From Candidatus Thorarchaeota archaeon (lineage in GTDB: Archaea > Asgardarchaeota > Heimdallarchaeia > Hodarchaeales > Hodarchaeaceae): a stretch of DNA of 32,000 bases. Below are positions 8,785-18,500 of this stretch, in pieces (positions within the stretch are counted from its first letter, which is position 1; each line of letters opens with the position of its first letter). The stretch covers positions 120,001 to 152,000 of the forward strand of contig JBHLRO010000003.1 of NCBI GenBank assembly GCA_048882505.1, written 5' to 3'. The notes below the pieces were generated by a model. It saw only the letters and a list, made by a program, of their open reading frames with translations. It was not told the origin of the DNA and did not search any database. Both the position numbers and the translations under genes were made by a program.

Positions 8785-11610
8785 ATGAATAGGCCTTTCT
8801 ATGTAAGTGTCTCCAATAGAGAGGGAATAATTGATCCGAATGCGCGAAGTGTTGAATCATCGCTTGAGGAATTTGGCATCTCTGCCGTTGTTCGATCGTT
8901 TTTGATTTATGAAATAGAAGCTTCTTCACATCACGAAATCGTTCTTCTTTGTGAAAAATTACTTTGTGATAAGACTTCGCAACAGTACTGGATTGATAGT
9001 CTTACGTTCCCTATTCAAACGTCTGATGAAGGATTTATTGTCTCCGTGACTTATAAGGATGGGGTGATGGATGCCACAGGTTTGACTGTGATGGATGCAG
9101 CAAAATTCCTAGACTTAAGCTTGCAGCGGGTTCGAACGGGTATTTCTTACTTCATCAAGACTGAGTTAAAGACAATCGAATTATTGAATACTGTAAAACA
9201 ATCCTTATCTAATGACTTGATCAATGATGTTGTAATTCACGAGGTTCAAAGCTCAAAAGCGGAATTTAATACAATTCCTGTGAGAAATCTCTCCGTCTAT
9301 GAGTTAAAAACTCTTAGTAAAGAGTTGTTACTCGCATTAAATCCGCAAGAAATGTTGGCAATACAGAGATTCTACCAAAACCTAAACCGTGATCCCACAG
9401 ATGCGGAACTTGAAACTATTGGACAAACCTGGTCTGAGCATTGTGTCCACAAAACCTTTAAAGGTCAAATCGTTTACAAGGGGCACACGATAAATGGATT
9501 ATTGAAATCTTATATCATGCAGGCGACTGAGGAGATGAATCCTGAATGGTGCGTTAACGTTTTCTCTGATAATGCAGGAATAATAGATTTCACAAATGGC
9601 TATGGTCTGGCCGTGAAAGTTGAGACTCATAATCACCCCTCGGCCTTGGATCCATATGGTGGGGCAGGCACAGGTACAGGGGGGGTTCTTAGAGATGCTA
9701 TGGGGGTGGGGGCAAATCCAATTCTGTCCACTGATTGCCTCTTCTTCGGACCCCTGGATTTTCCGTATGATCATCTCCCTAAAGGAACGATGCATCCAAA
9801 ACGTCTTATGAAGAGATGTGTAGCGGGGATACGTGATTATGGAAATCAGATGGGGGTTCCGACGGTAAATGGATGTGTTGGGTTCCATGCAGACTATTTA
9901 GGAAATCCATTGGTGTTTGCGGGCGTAATCGGGCTACTTCCTCTCACGAAATATATCAGAAATCCACGACCAGGTGATAAGATCGTATTAATCGGTGGAA
10001 GAACCGGTCGCGATGGCATACATGGAGTTACGTTTGCTTCCCTAACTCTAACTTCCGAATCCGAGAAAACTGGGAGCGGGGCAGTACAGATCGGAAATCC
10101 ATTGGAGGAAAGGAGAGTTCTAGATGCACTTCTGAAAGCACGAGATGAGAAAGATCAACCACTGTACTCTGCAATAACAGATTGCGGTGGAGGGGGACTT
10201 AGTTCTGCTATCGGAGAATTGGCAGCTGAACTAGGAGCGCAGGTCAATTTAGATAGAGTTCCCCTGAAGTATGCAGGATTGAAACCTTGGGAGATCTGGA
10301 TATCCGAATCACAAGAAAGGATGTTACTCGCAGTTCCTCCCGTGAACCTAGATAGGCTTTTGGAGATTTGTGAACTGGAAAACTGTGAGGCAAGTGAGAT
10401 AGGAGAATTTACTAACAAAAAACTCCTTGAGTTAAAGCATCTAGGAAAGGTAGTAGGTCAAATAGACTTGGATTTTCTTCATAAGGGCAGACCTTCTATC
10501 CATCGTGAGGCGAAATTCAACTTTCCCGATGAAAAACCGGTTCAATATCCATCTCAGACAGATTACATCTCAGAATTGAAGCAGATGCTTTCTCACACCA
10601 CAGTTGCTAGTAAGGAATGGGTTGTTCGTCAATATGATCATGAAGTTCAGGGCAATACTATTATTAAGCCTTTACAGGGTGTAAATTTTGATGGTCACGG
10701 AGATTCGAGCGTTATCAAGCCATTAAATGACTCCTGGATGGGAGTAGTAATATCCAACGGATTCAATCCCAATTATTCAAGGAATCCACGAAAAATGGCT
10801 TTAAGTAGCATTGATGAGGCTATCAGAAATAATATTTGTTCTGGGGGTCGTCGTTTCAGTCTTCTCGATAACTTTAGTTGGGGTTCCCCTGAGGATCCCG
10901 AGAATTTAGGAGCACTTGTCGAGGCGTGTCGTGCCTGTTATGAATCAGCAACTGCTCTTGGAACACCTTTTATCAGCGGAAAAGACAGCCTTTATAATGA
11001 CTTTCAGACAAAACATGGCGAAACAATAACTATTCCGCATACCCTATTGATAACCTGTGTTGGAATTATTCCTGATATAAGGAAGAGTATCACTTCGGAC
11101 TTTAAGCAGGGGGACAATTCCATTTATATAATTGGAGACACCTACAATGAATTAGGTGGATCTCTGTATCACCAGGTCAGAGGGATCCAGAATGGAGTTA
11201 TCCCTGACGTTCCCAACCCACAAAAAGTAAAAGAGATTTTCGATAAAACGACAGCGGCAATTGATGCTGAAATAATACTTGCCTGCCATGATTGCAGCGA
11301 GGGAGGGATTGCAATAGCCCTAGCGGAAATGTGTTTTGGCGGAAATATGGGAGCTGAGGTCGATTTAGAGGTTTTAAAAGGCGAAGTTACATCAGATATT
11401 GAAGCGCTTTTCTCAGAGTCGAACTCAAGGTTCATCGTTGAGGTTGCCCAAACAGAAGAATTCGAGAACTTGATGGAGGGTATCCCGATTAATCATTTAG
11501 GTTATGTCAAAGGATCTTCCATAAAGATCTCAGGAATAAATAAAGACCTGCTAATAGATGTAACAGTTAAAGAGCTAAAGGGAATCTGGCAACAGACTTT
11601 TGCATGGTGA
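8785..11610 (+). CDS. purL: FGAM synthase synthetase subunit with two N-terminal PurS-like domains
   Basis: WSEHCVHK, ETHNHPS, RTGRDG, DCGGGG, SESQERM, DNFSW, GKDS and HDCSEGG. About 170 extra N-terminal aa form two PurS-like repeats. ATG 8785 preferred over TTG 8731. Confidence 0.95.
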   Translation: MNRPFYVSVSNREGIIDPNARSVESSLEEFGISAVVRSFLIYEIEASSHHEIVLLCEKLLCDKTSQQYWIDSLTFPIQTSDEGFIVSVTYKDGVMDATGLTVMDAAKFLDLSLQRVRTGISYFIKTELKTIELLNTVKQSLSNDLINDVVIHEVQSSKAEFNTIPVRNLSVYELKTLSKELLLALNPQEMLAIQRFYQNLNRDPTDAELETIGQTWSEHCVHKTFKGQIVYKGHTINGLLKSYIMQATEEMNPEWCVNVFSDNAGIIDFTNGYGLAVKVETHNHPSALDPYGGAGTGTGGVLRDAMGVGANPILSTDCLFFGPLDFPYDHLPKGTMHPKRLMKRCVAGIRDYGNQMGVPTVNGCVGFHADYLGNPLVFAGVIGLLPLTKYIRNPRPGDKIVLIGGRTGRDGIHGVTFASLTLTSESEKTGSGAVQIGNPLEERRVLDALLKARDEKDQPLYSAITDCGGGGLSSAIGELAAELGAQVNLDRVPLKYAGLKPWEIWISESQERMLLAVPPVNLDRLLEICELENCEASEIGEFTNKKLLELKHLGKVVGQIDLDFLHKGRPSIHREAKFNFPDEKPVQYPSQTDYISELKQMLSHTTVASKEWVVRQYDHEVQGNTIIKPLQGVNFDGHGDSSVIKPLNDSWMGVVISNGFNPNYSRNPRKMALSSIDEAIRNNICSGGRRFSLLDNFSWGSPEDPENLGALVEACRACYESATALGTPFISGKDSLYNDFQTKHGETITIPHTLLITCVGIIPDIRKSITSDFKQGDNSIYIIGDTYNELGGSLYHQVRGIQNGVIPDVPNPQKVKEIFDKTTAAIDAEIILACHDCSEGGIAIALAEMCFGGNMGAEVDLEVLKGEVTSDIEALFSESNSRFIVEVAQTEEFENLMEGIPINHLGYVKGSSIKISGINKDLLIDVTVKELKGIWQQTFAW

Positions 11611-11615
11611 AATTA

Positions 11616-12338
11616 ATGCGTACACTAGTTTTACGTGTTGACGGTACTAATTGCGCACAAGAAACCCTCTACGCACTTAAACTGGCTGGATCGATCCCGA
11701 CTCTAGCCCATATCAATGAACTCCTAAGAAACAGGTTATCTTTGGAGAATTTTGATGGTTTAGTAATTCCCGGTGGATTTGCTTATGGAGATCATATTGC
11801 AGCTGGTAAAGTTCTCGCGTCTATCCTCCGATATCGTCTTCGAAAGGAGATTTCAAATTTCGTTAAGGATAACAAACCGATTCTTGGAATATGCAATGGA
11901 TTCCAGGCGTTGATCAAAGCTAACCTGCTAGATGTGGATGCCACCTTAGGAGCCAATGATTCGGGTCTATTTATCGATCGGTGGATAACATTAAATCGTG
12001 TTGCTCATAACAGGTTTTCTGAAAACATCGATAATCTATTCATTCCGATTAATCATGGTGAAGGGAAATTCATTGCGACAGAAAAAACGTTAGATAGATT
12101 AGAAATAGAAAAACGAGTAGTTTTCAAGTACAAAGAAAACCCAAATGGATCTCATAGGGACATCGCTGGAATAGTAAACCACCAGGGGAATGTTATTGGA
12201 TTGATGCCTCATCCGGAGAAATTCGTCCATTATTTCCAGCATCCTTCTTGGACACGCCTCCCCAAAAGGATCTTGGCAAACGAGGGACAGGGGCTGCAAT
12301 TCTATAGGAATTTCGTAAGAGCTGGTGAAAAACACTGA
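11616..12338 (+). CDS. purQ: FGAM synthase glutaminase subunit
   Basis: GTNC, PGGFAYGD, GICNGFQ (Cys nucleophile) and MPHPE. SD GGTGA 11606-11610 favours ATG 11616. Confidence 0.93.
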   Translation: MRTLVLRVDGTNCAQETLYALKLAGSIPTLAHINELLRNRLSLENFDGLVIPGGFAYGDHIAAGKVLASILRYRLRKEISNFVKDNKPILGICNGFQALIKANLLDVDATLGANDSGLFIDRWITLNRVAHNRFSENIDNLFIPINHGEGKFIATEKTLDRLEIEKRVVFKYKENPNGSHRDIAGIVNHQGNVIGLMPHPEKFVHYFQHPSWTRLPKRILANEGQGLQFYRNFVRAGEKH

Positions 12339-13402
12339 ATACAAGAACAATAGGTGTACTAGGTAGTCACAGCGCGGAAGAAGTAGGTATAAGTGCCAGT
12401 TCAAATGGTTTTGACACCCTAGTAGTGTGCCAGAAAGGCCGAGAACAATTTTACACGCAATATAACGCTTTTCTTTTCGGTCACCAATTGATTCTCCAAA
12501 AATTCCAAGATCTCACTCGCCCAAAAAATATCAGGAAACTGCAGGAAAAAAACGTGGTCTGGTTTCCTAACAGATCATTTTCCGTTTATTTGGATTTGGA
12601 AAGCATTGAGAATGATTTTCCCATTCCAATCTATGGCAGTCGGAACTTACTCGGTATTGAAGACCGTCGGATTCAGTACAAATTGTTAGATCAAGCAAAG
12701 ATACGCAGACCTCAAGAATTTGAAAATCCAGATGATGTGGATCGGCTTGCGATAGTCAAAGTACAACAAAAAAGCAATCCTCTTGAACGAGCTTTCTTTT
12801 ACATTAGTTCTCCAGACGAATACGACCAGAAAAGCAAACACCTGATAAAACAAGATATCATTGATGAATCAGCTCTTACTGAATCAATTATAGAGGAATT
12901 CGTGATTGGTCCGCGCTTCAATGCGAATTTTCAGTCGTACGGATTATCAGATGAGTTTGGTAAGTTTGATTTCGTGGGCTTTGACGATAGAATTCAAACT
13001 AATTTGAGTGGCCTGCTCAATTTGCCCGCACACGATCAGCTAGGTCTCAATGTCCCTATTACCAATGAGGAAATCGGACACAAAGGTGTAACAATGCGGG
13101 AATCAAAGAAACCATTAGTATATGAAGCTGCCAAACGCTTTATTGAAACCACACAGCGTACTCATCCACCTGGTATAATTGGATTGTTTGCCCTTCAAGG
13201 CGCAATCACAAAAGAAAGCGACTTCATCGTTTTTGATGTCTCCCCACGCATTCCAGGCTCACCTTGCCTGGGTCCCACAAGTCCAGAAATGAGAAGACTC
13301 CGGTTGAAGTACAATCAGGATATTTTTTCTCCCCTGGATCTTTGCATGATGGAATTGAGAAAAGCAATAGACACTGAAAGGCTCGGCGAGGTGACCACAT
13401 GA
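12335..13402 (+). CDS. PurP-like ATP-grasp protein (divergent paralog); start probably CTG 12335, upstream of the ORF-track call
   Basis: Frame is open from 12329 and encodes the PurP N-terminal motif TIGVLGSHSAEEVG upstream of GTG 12425. It also has QKGRE, ERAFF, RIQTN and SPRIPG. Confidence 0.8.
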   Translation: MNTRTIGVLGSHSAEEVGISASSNGFDTLVVCQKGREQFYTQYNAFLFGHQLILQKFQDLTRPKNIRKLQEKNVVWFPNRSFSVYLDLESIENDFPIPIYGSRNLLGIEDRRIQYKLLDQAKIRRPQEFENPDDVDRLAIVKVQQKSNPLERAFFYISSPDEYDQKSKHLIKQDIIDESALTESIIEEFVIGPRFNANFQSYGLSDEFGKFDFVGFDDRIQTNLSGLLNLPAHDQLGLNVPITNEEIGHKGVTMRESKKPLVYEAAKRFIETTQRTHPPGIIGLFALQGAITKESDFIVFDVSPRIPGSPCLGPTSPEMRRLRLKYNQDIFSPLDLCMMELRKAIDTERLGEVTT

Positions 13403-14421
13403 GTCTCCTCATGGATTATAACATTGACGATATTATCATAGGTACAGTATGCAGCCATTCAGCTCTTCAAATATTCCACGGGGCCAGGTTGGAAGGTTTT
13501 CGTACAATTGGACTTACTCTCCCTCAGCGCAAGACGCTTTACGAAGCTTTCCCTTTAGCAGGTCCCGATACATTATTGGAGATAAGTTCTTGGGATGAAG
13601 TGACCAACCAAGAGGTTGAAGATCAACTGATACATGGAAACGTGATAATAATCCCTCATGGAAGCTTTGTTGAATACGTTGGCGTGAACAAAATCCTCCA
13701 TACCTTCCGAGTTCCTGTTTTTGGAAATAAAGCTAGCTTAGAATGGGAGAGCTCACGAAAAAAAGTAGATACGTGGATGCGGACAGCTGGGTTAAGGGTT
13801 CCGGATTATAAACAACCTGACGAAATTGATAGTTTGTGTATAGTGAAAATGGGAGGTGCCAAAGGAGGAAAAGGGTTTTTCCTGATACATAATGAAGCTG
13901 AACTATATGAGGGACTAGGTGGTAAAGATCCTAATACCGTTGTCATTCAGGAGTATATTGTTGGAGTACGATATTATTTTCACTATTTTCATTCATTAGC
14001 ACGGAATCGAGTTGAATTTCTCGGAATTGATCAACGCTTGGAAAGTAACGTTGATGGCCTGCATAGAATTAAAGAACGGATAGAACCTACGTACACCGTA
14101 ACAGGTAATGCACCAGTGGTGATTCGAGAATCATTACTACCTGAAATCATAGAAATGGGGGAAAAGGTGGTGGCCTCTTCTAAGCAATTATTCCCTCCTG
14201 GAATATCTGGCCCATTCTGTATCGAAACGATTTGTACACCTGAGTTAGAGTTCTTTGCATTTGAAATTAGTGCCCGAATCGTTGCAGGTACAAATCTTTA
14301 TCCGAATGGAAGTCAGTATTCATGCTATTACTTTACGGAGCCCATGAGTACTGGCAGACGTATTTCCAGAGAAATAAATGAAGCCCGTGATAAGGGGATA
14401 TTGGAGGAGGTAGTTTCGTGA
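13399..14421 (+). CDS. purP: Formate-dependent FAICAR synthetase
   Basis: TVCSHSALQIFHGARLEGF, PHGSFV, GAKGGKGFF, QEYIVG, ESNVDG, GPFCIE and FEISARIVAGTN. Confidence 0.9.
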   Translation: MSLLMDYNIDDIIIGTVCSHSALQIFHGARLEGFRTIGLTLPQRKTLYEAFPLAGPDTLLEISSWDEVTNQEVEDQLIHGNVIIIPHGSFVEYVGVNKILHTFRVPVFGNKASLEWESSRKKVDTWMRTAGLRVPDYKQPDEIDSLCIVKMGGAKGGKGFFLIHNEAELYEGLGGKDPNTVVIQEYIVGVRYYFHYFHSLARNRVEFLGIDQRLESNVDGLHRIKERIEPTYTVTGNAPVVIRESLLPEIIEMGEKVVASSKQLFPPGISGPFCIETICTPELEFFAFEISARIVAGTNLYPNGSQYSCYYFTEPMSTGRRISREINEARDKGILEEVVS

Positions 14422-15947
14422 TCATTGTTGTGGATTTTGGAAGTCAGGTTGCTCATCTTATCAGCCGTAGAATAAGAGAGCTACGTGTATATTCTGAGCT
14501 GGTTCCCCCTTCCATAGGTCCAAAAGAAATTCAAGAATTAAATCCATGCGGCATTATTTTATCTGGAGGCCCGAGTTCTGTATATGCCTCTAGTGCTCCA
14601 CAAATTAATCCAGAAATATTTGAGTTGGATATTCCCACTCTTGGAATTTGCTACGGACATCAGTTAATTGCGAAGGAATTGGGAGGTACAGTTTCAAAAG
14701 GAAAAGGGGAATATGGTGAGACTTTGATTTCAATACAACCACTAGATTCGGAACTCCTGAAAAGGTACGCTAGCAAAGAATCTCAAGAGATAGTTTGGAT
14801 GAGCCATTCTGATTTCGTCGAAACATTGCCCCCGGGTTTTCAAACCACTTCTATATCAGAGAATAACTATATTTCCAGCATGGAAAATCCATCTCGTTCG
14901 ATTTATACTCTTCAGTTTCATCCTGAAGTTGCTCACACCCCGAATGGAATGCAAATCCTGGATAATTTTCTGACATTAACGGGTTGTAAGCGAGACTGGA
15001 ATTTGGAAGATTTCATCAATGAAAAGGTTCAGGAAATTAGACTAGTCGTCGGAGATGCAAAAGTACTAATGGGGGTAAGTGGAGGAGTGGATTCCACTGT
15101 CGCCGCTGAGTTGATTAGGAAAGCAATTGGCCCACAGTTGTATTGTGTCTTTTTGGACAATGGACTCCTCCGTATGAATGAATTTGAGGAAGTATGTGCT
15201 TTCTTTGACCAATCAGATTACAACTTTTATGCTTACAACGTGTCAAACATCTTTCTCTCTCGGTTAACGGACATTTGTGACCCGGAAGAAAAAAGAAGAA
15301 TCATTGGAAACACATTCATTGAAGTATTCGAGGAAAAGGCCAAATTACTTGGTAATTTTGACTTTCTTGGGCAAGGAACTATCTATCCTGATCGAATTGA
15401 AAGTGCTCAACCTTCCTCTCGGGCTTCAGTAATAAAAACGCATCACAATGTAGGCGGGCTTCCAGAGAAAATGGCCCTCGATTTGTTGGAACCGCTAAAG
15501 GACCTGTATAAGGATGAAGTTAGACGAATAGGAAAATTACTAAAGATTCCAAATGATCTGATAGGCCGTCATCCTTTTCCTGGACCTGGACTTGCAGTTA
15601 GAGTGGTAGGTGAAATCACAAAAGATCGATTGCAAATTGTCAGGGAAAGCGATCAGATCTTAGTCGAAGAATTAAAAAAAGCTGGGTTTTATTCTGGTTT
15701 GTGGCAATCATTTACAGCCTTTCTGGGCATAAAGACTGTTGGTGTTATGGGAGATGCAAGATCTTACCAATATCCAGTTGTAATCAGAGCAGTAGAAAGT
15801 ACCGATGGTATGACCGCTAATACAGCAGACATTTCCGTGAATACTCTCAAAAAGATCGCTTCAAGGATAACCAACGAGGTAGACGGCGTAAATCGCGTAT
15901 TTTTTGATTTAACAGACAAACCACCTGCGACCATAGAATACGAATAA
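14418..15947 (+). CDS. guaA: GMP synthase, single-chain glutaminase plus synthetase
   Basis: DFGSQ, SGGPSSV, GICYGHQ, WMSHSD, QFHPEV, SGGVDS, QGTIYPD, KTHHNVGG, RHPFPGPGL and KPPATIEYE. Confidence 0.96.
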   Translation: MIIVVDFGSQVAHLISRRIRELRVYSELVPPSIGPKEIQELNPCGIILSGGPSSVYASSAPQINPEIFELDIPTLGICYGHQLIAKELGGTVSKGKGEYGETLISIQPLDSELLKRYASKESQEIVWMSHSDFVETLPPGFQTTSISENNYISSMENPSRSIYTLQFHPEVAHTPNGMQILDNFLTLTGCKRDWNLEDFINEKVQEIRLVVGDAKVLMGVSGGVDSTVAAELIRKAIGPQLYCVFLDNGLLRMNEFEEVCAFFDQSDYNFYAYNVSNIFLSRLTDICDPEEKRRIIGNTFIEVFEEKAKLLGNFDFLGQGTIYPDRIESAQPSSRASVIKTHHNVGGLPEKMALDLLEPLKDLYKDEVRRIGKLLKIPNDLIGRHPFPGPGLAVRVVGEITKDRLQIVRESDQILVEELKKAGFYSGLWQSFTAFLGIKTVGVMGDARSYQYPVVIRAVESTDGMTANTADISVNTLKKIASRITNEVDGVNRVFFDLTDKPPATIEYE

Positions 15948-15981
15948 ACCAAAGGAAGGAGACAAGATCCAAAAGTTTTAC

Positions 15982-16881
15982 TTGGCCATTTGCCTGGATA
16001 TTGATAGAGATGCTCCATTTCCAATAAAAGGAGTATCTCATGGAGTTTCCCTTCCTTTTCACAACAGAACATCGAATATTTGGGCCAATCCCGCCAATTA
16101 TCTCCTCAAAGGTACCATTCAGGGTTTAAAAGAGCTGGTCGAGTTATTCCAAGATAATTCTTGGCCTGCAAATCTTTTTTTTGAAGCCAGCATAATTAAT
16201 GAACTTGCTATTGCTGTACCTCAGTTATCTGATTTTATTAGACGGTATCCGAACGATTTAGGGATTCATGGTCTTTACCACGAGGACCTTTCTGGAGAAG
16301 AAACTGGTGTCTTTTTCTCGAAGAACCAAGAGGCCAAATTAATATCCGCTGCAATTAAGCTTGTCTTTAACCTGTTTAAACGCCGACCCATAGGTTTCCG
16401 GGCTCCATACCTACATCTCAGTCCTCATACTCACGATATTCTCATAAATCAGGGTTTTCTGTATGATTCCTCACAGATAAAAACAACCGATTCTGTTCCC
16501 CAGATCTATAGGTTACAAGGTTCGCACGGAACCTTATTTGAAGTTCCTATCGTGCGATACCTGACAAAGGACTCGCCTTTCGTTTCCTACTTTTGGTCAT
16601 TATTTGAAAGGAGTAGATCTTCCGACGAAATAACTGAAATAATCAAAACTATCATTAGAAGATCTATATCAGTCAAAAACAACACTAAACTTCCCCGTGT
16701 GTTAACTTTAAACCTTCACCCTTGGCATTTGGCATTTTCAGTAAAGAATAAGGCCTATTTTACGGAGGAGGAGTTCAAGACTAATAGGAAGGATTTATTT
16801 TTGATACTAAAATCCCTCGAAGAATGGGGAAAAACGGAATTTACCACGCTCTCCGAAATCGTCCCCCTAACAGATAGCTAG
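15982..16881 (+). CDS. Polysaccharide deacetylase (NodB/CE4)-like metallohydrolase; start uncertain
   Basis: LDID (motif 1), HGLYH (motif 2), GFRAPY (motif 3), FLYDSS and LNLHPWH (motif 5). Confidence 0.75.
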   Translation: MAICLDIDRDAPFPIKGVSHGVSLPFHNRTSNIWANPANYLLKGTIQGLKELVELFQDNSWPANLFFEASIINELAIAVPQLSDFIRRYPNDLGIHGLYHEDLSGEETGVFFSKNQEAKLISAAIKLVFNLFKRRPIGFRAPYLHLSPHTHDILINQGFLYDSSQIKTTDSVPQIYRLQGSHGTLFEVPIVRYLTKDSPFVSYFWSLFERSRSSDEITEIIKTIIRRSISVKNNTKLPRVLTLNLHPWHLAFSVKNKAYFTEEEFKTNRKDLFLILKSLEEWGKTEFTTLSEIVPLTDS

Positions 16882-16897
16882 TATATGAGATCTCGCA

Positions 16898-18370
16898 ATG
16901 GTAAACACAGGTATGGAACAAAACTCTAAATACTCTGTCATTATTGTCGGTTGTGGCCCTGCAGGCATATTCTCGGCCTTAGAACTTGTTAAGACGCTAG
17001 GCAAACCACACAAGATTCTTATGATAGACAGTGGCCCCAGAATTGCTGAAAGGATACATAATCGTAAAAGAGAAGTCATGCAAGGTTGGGGTGGTGCTGG
17101 TTCTTTCTCTGACGGAAAACTCACTCTCTCACCTCAAATTGGTGGTTATTTATCAGCGATTATCTCATTAACCAGCTTGGAACAGTATCTCCAGGTCGTT
17201 GAGGAGACATATGTTAAGTTTGGAGCATCAAGGGACCGTCTAGTAACTGGACGCGGGGATGCGATTGAAACAATTAGAAAGAAAGCTCTCCAATTCGGAA
17301 TGTCGTTGATCCCATATAGACTCTTACACATTGGAACGGATCAGATCGAGAAGATTGTTCATTCAATGTATGATCACTTGGATAACTCTGGATTAGTAGA
17401 AGTACGCTTCAGAGAAACAGCCAAAGAATTGCTGGTAGATGACGGCCATATCAGAGGAGTGCGGACTGATAAAGGGATTTATCATGGAGATTTTGTAATT
17501 GTTGCGACAGGACGATCTGGAGCAGCTTGGCTTCGCAGGGAATCCATTCGATTGAATTTGTCGATTCAGAATAATCCCGTGGATATTGGGGTGCGTGTTG
17601 AAGTGCCGGCTGAAATAACGGCCCCCCTGACCGACCTTCTGTATGAATTTAAATGTCTATACTATGCACCCACATTTGAACAGAGATGTAGAACGTTTTG
17701 CGTATGCCCTAACGGAGAAGTTGTTAAGGAATTTGTGAAAGACCCAGATACGAACGATACTTGGATAACTTGTAATGGGCATTCTTATTCCGATCCTGCA
17801 AAATCGACTCCAAATACAAACTTTGCCCTCCTTGTCAGTAGCCGGTTTACTGAACCTTTTGACGATCCACTTGCGTATGGACGATCGATCAGTAAGCTTG
17901 CGAATCTTCTAACTGGTGCCAGCCCAGATCAACCTGGGACAGTTATCATACAACGCCTTGAGGATCTGAAGAAAGGCCGTAGATCTAATTATGAGCGAAT
18001 TAAACGTTCCACGATTGAACCTACTTTGAAGGAAGCAATTCCTGGGGATCTCTCATTCGTGCTGCCCTATCGCCACCTGCAATCTATTTTGGAAATGTTG
18101 CAAGCTTTAGATCATATAATACCCGGAGTGAACTCCAGCAATACGCTCCTCTACGGTGTCGAGACCAAATACTACAGTACTCAGATCCGACTTACGGATG
18201 AGCTTGAAACGGAAATAAGTGGTCTGTATACTATTGGAGACGGAGCTGGGGTTACCCGTTCGTTAGCACAAGCGAGCGTGTCTGGATTGGTCGCCGCGCG
18301 CTCCATTTTAAGTAGAATAGAAGAAGAATTGTCACTGAAGCAAAAAATTAGAGTATCAGGAACAAATTAG
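16898..18370 (+). CDS. Uncharacterised NAD(P)/FAD-dependent oxidoreductase (COG2509-like)
   Basis: GCGPAG Rossmann motif, GWGGAGSFSDGKL, ATGRSG, RTFCVCPNGEV, NGHS, YGVETKYYS and IGDGAG. ATG 16913 is an alternative start. Confidence 0.8.
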   Translation: MVNTGMEQNSKYSVIIVGCGPAGIFSALELVKTLGKPHKILMIDSGPRIAERIHNRKREVMQGWGGAGSFSDGKLTLSPQIGGYLSAIISLTSLEQYLQVVEETYVKFGASRDRLVTGRGDAIETIRKKALQFGMSLIPYRLLHIGTDQIEKIVHSMYDHLDNSGLVEVRFRETAKELLVDDGHIRGVRTDKGIYHGDFVIVATGRSGAAWLRRESIRLNLSIQNNPVDIGVRVEVPAEITAPLTDLLYEFKCLYYAPTFEQRCRTFCVCPNGEVVKEFVKDPDTNDTWITCNGHSYSDPAKSTPNTNFALLVSSRFTEPFDDPLAYGRSISKLANLLTGASPDQPGTVIIQRLEDLKKGRRSNYERIKRSTIEPTLKEAIPGDLSFVLPYRHLQSILEMLQALDHIIPGVNSSNTLLYGVETKYYSTQIRLTDELETEISGLYTIGDGAGVTRSLAQASVSGLVAARSILSRIEEELSLKQKIRVSGTN

Positions 18371-18500
18371 ATGTTAATTGGAAGCAAATTATAGGATAAT
18401 ATTTGGGAATTCCTAGGGAGAGTATTTGACTCCAAAACCCTAATTCGTTTTGGTTTACTACCAGCTCTCGTGTTGCTGAACTATTTCCCGTGTTTCTCTT

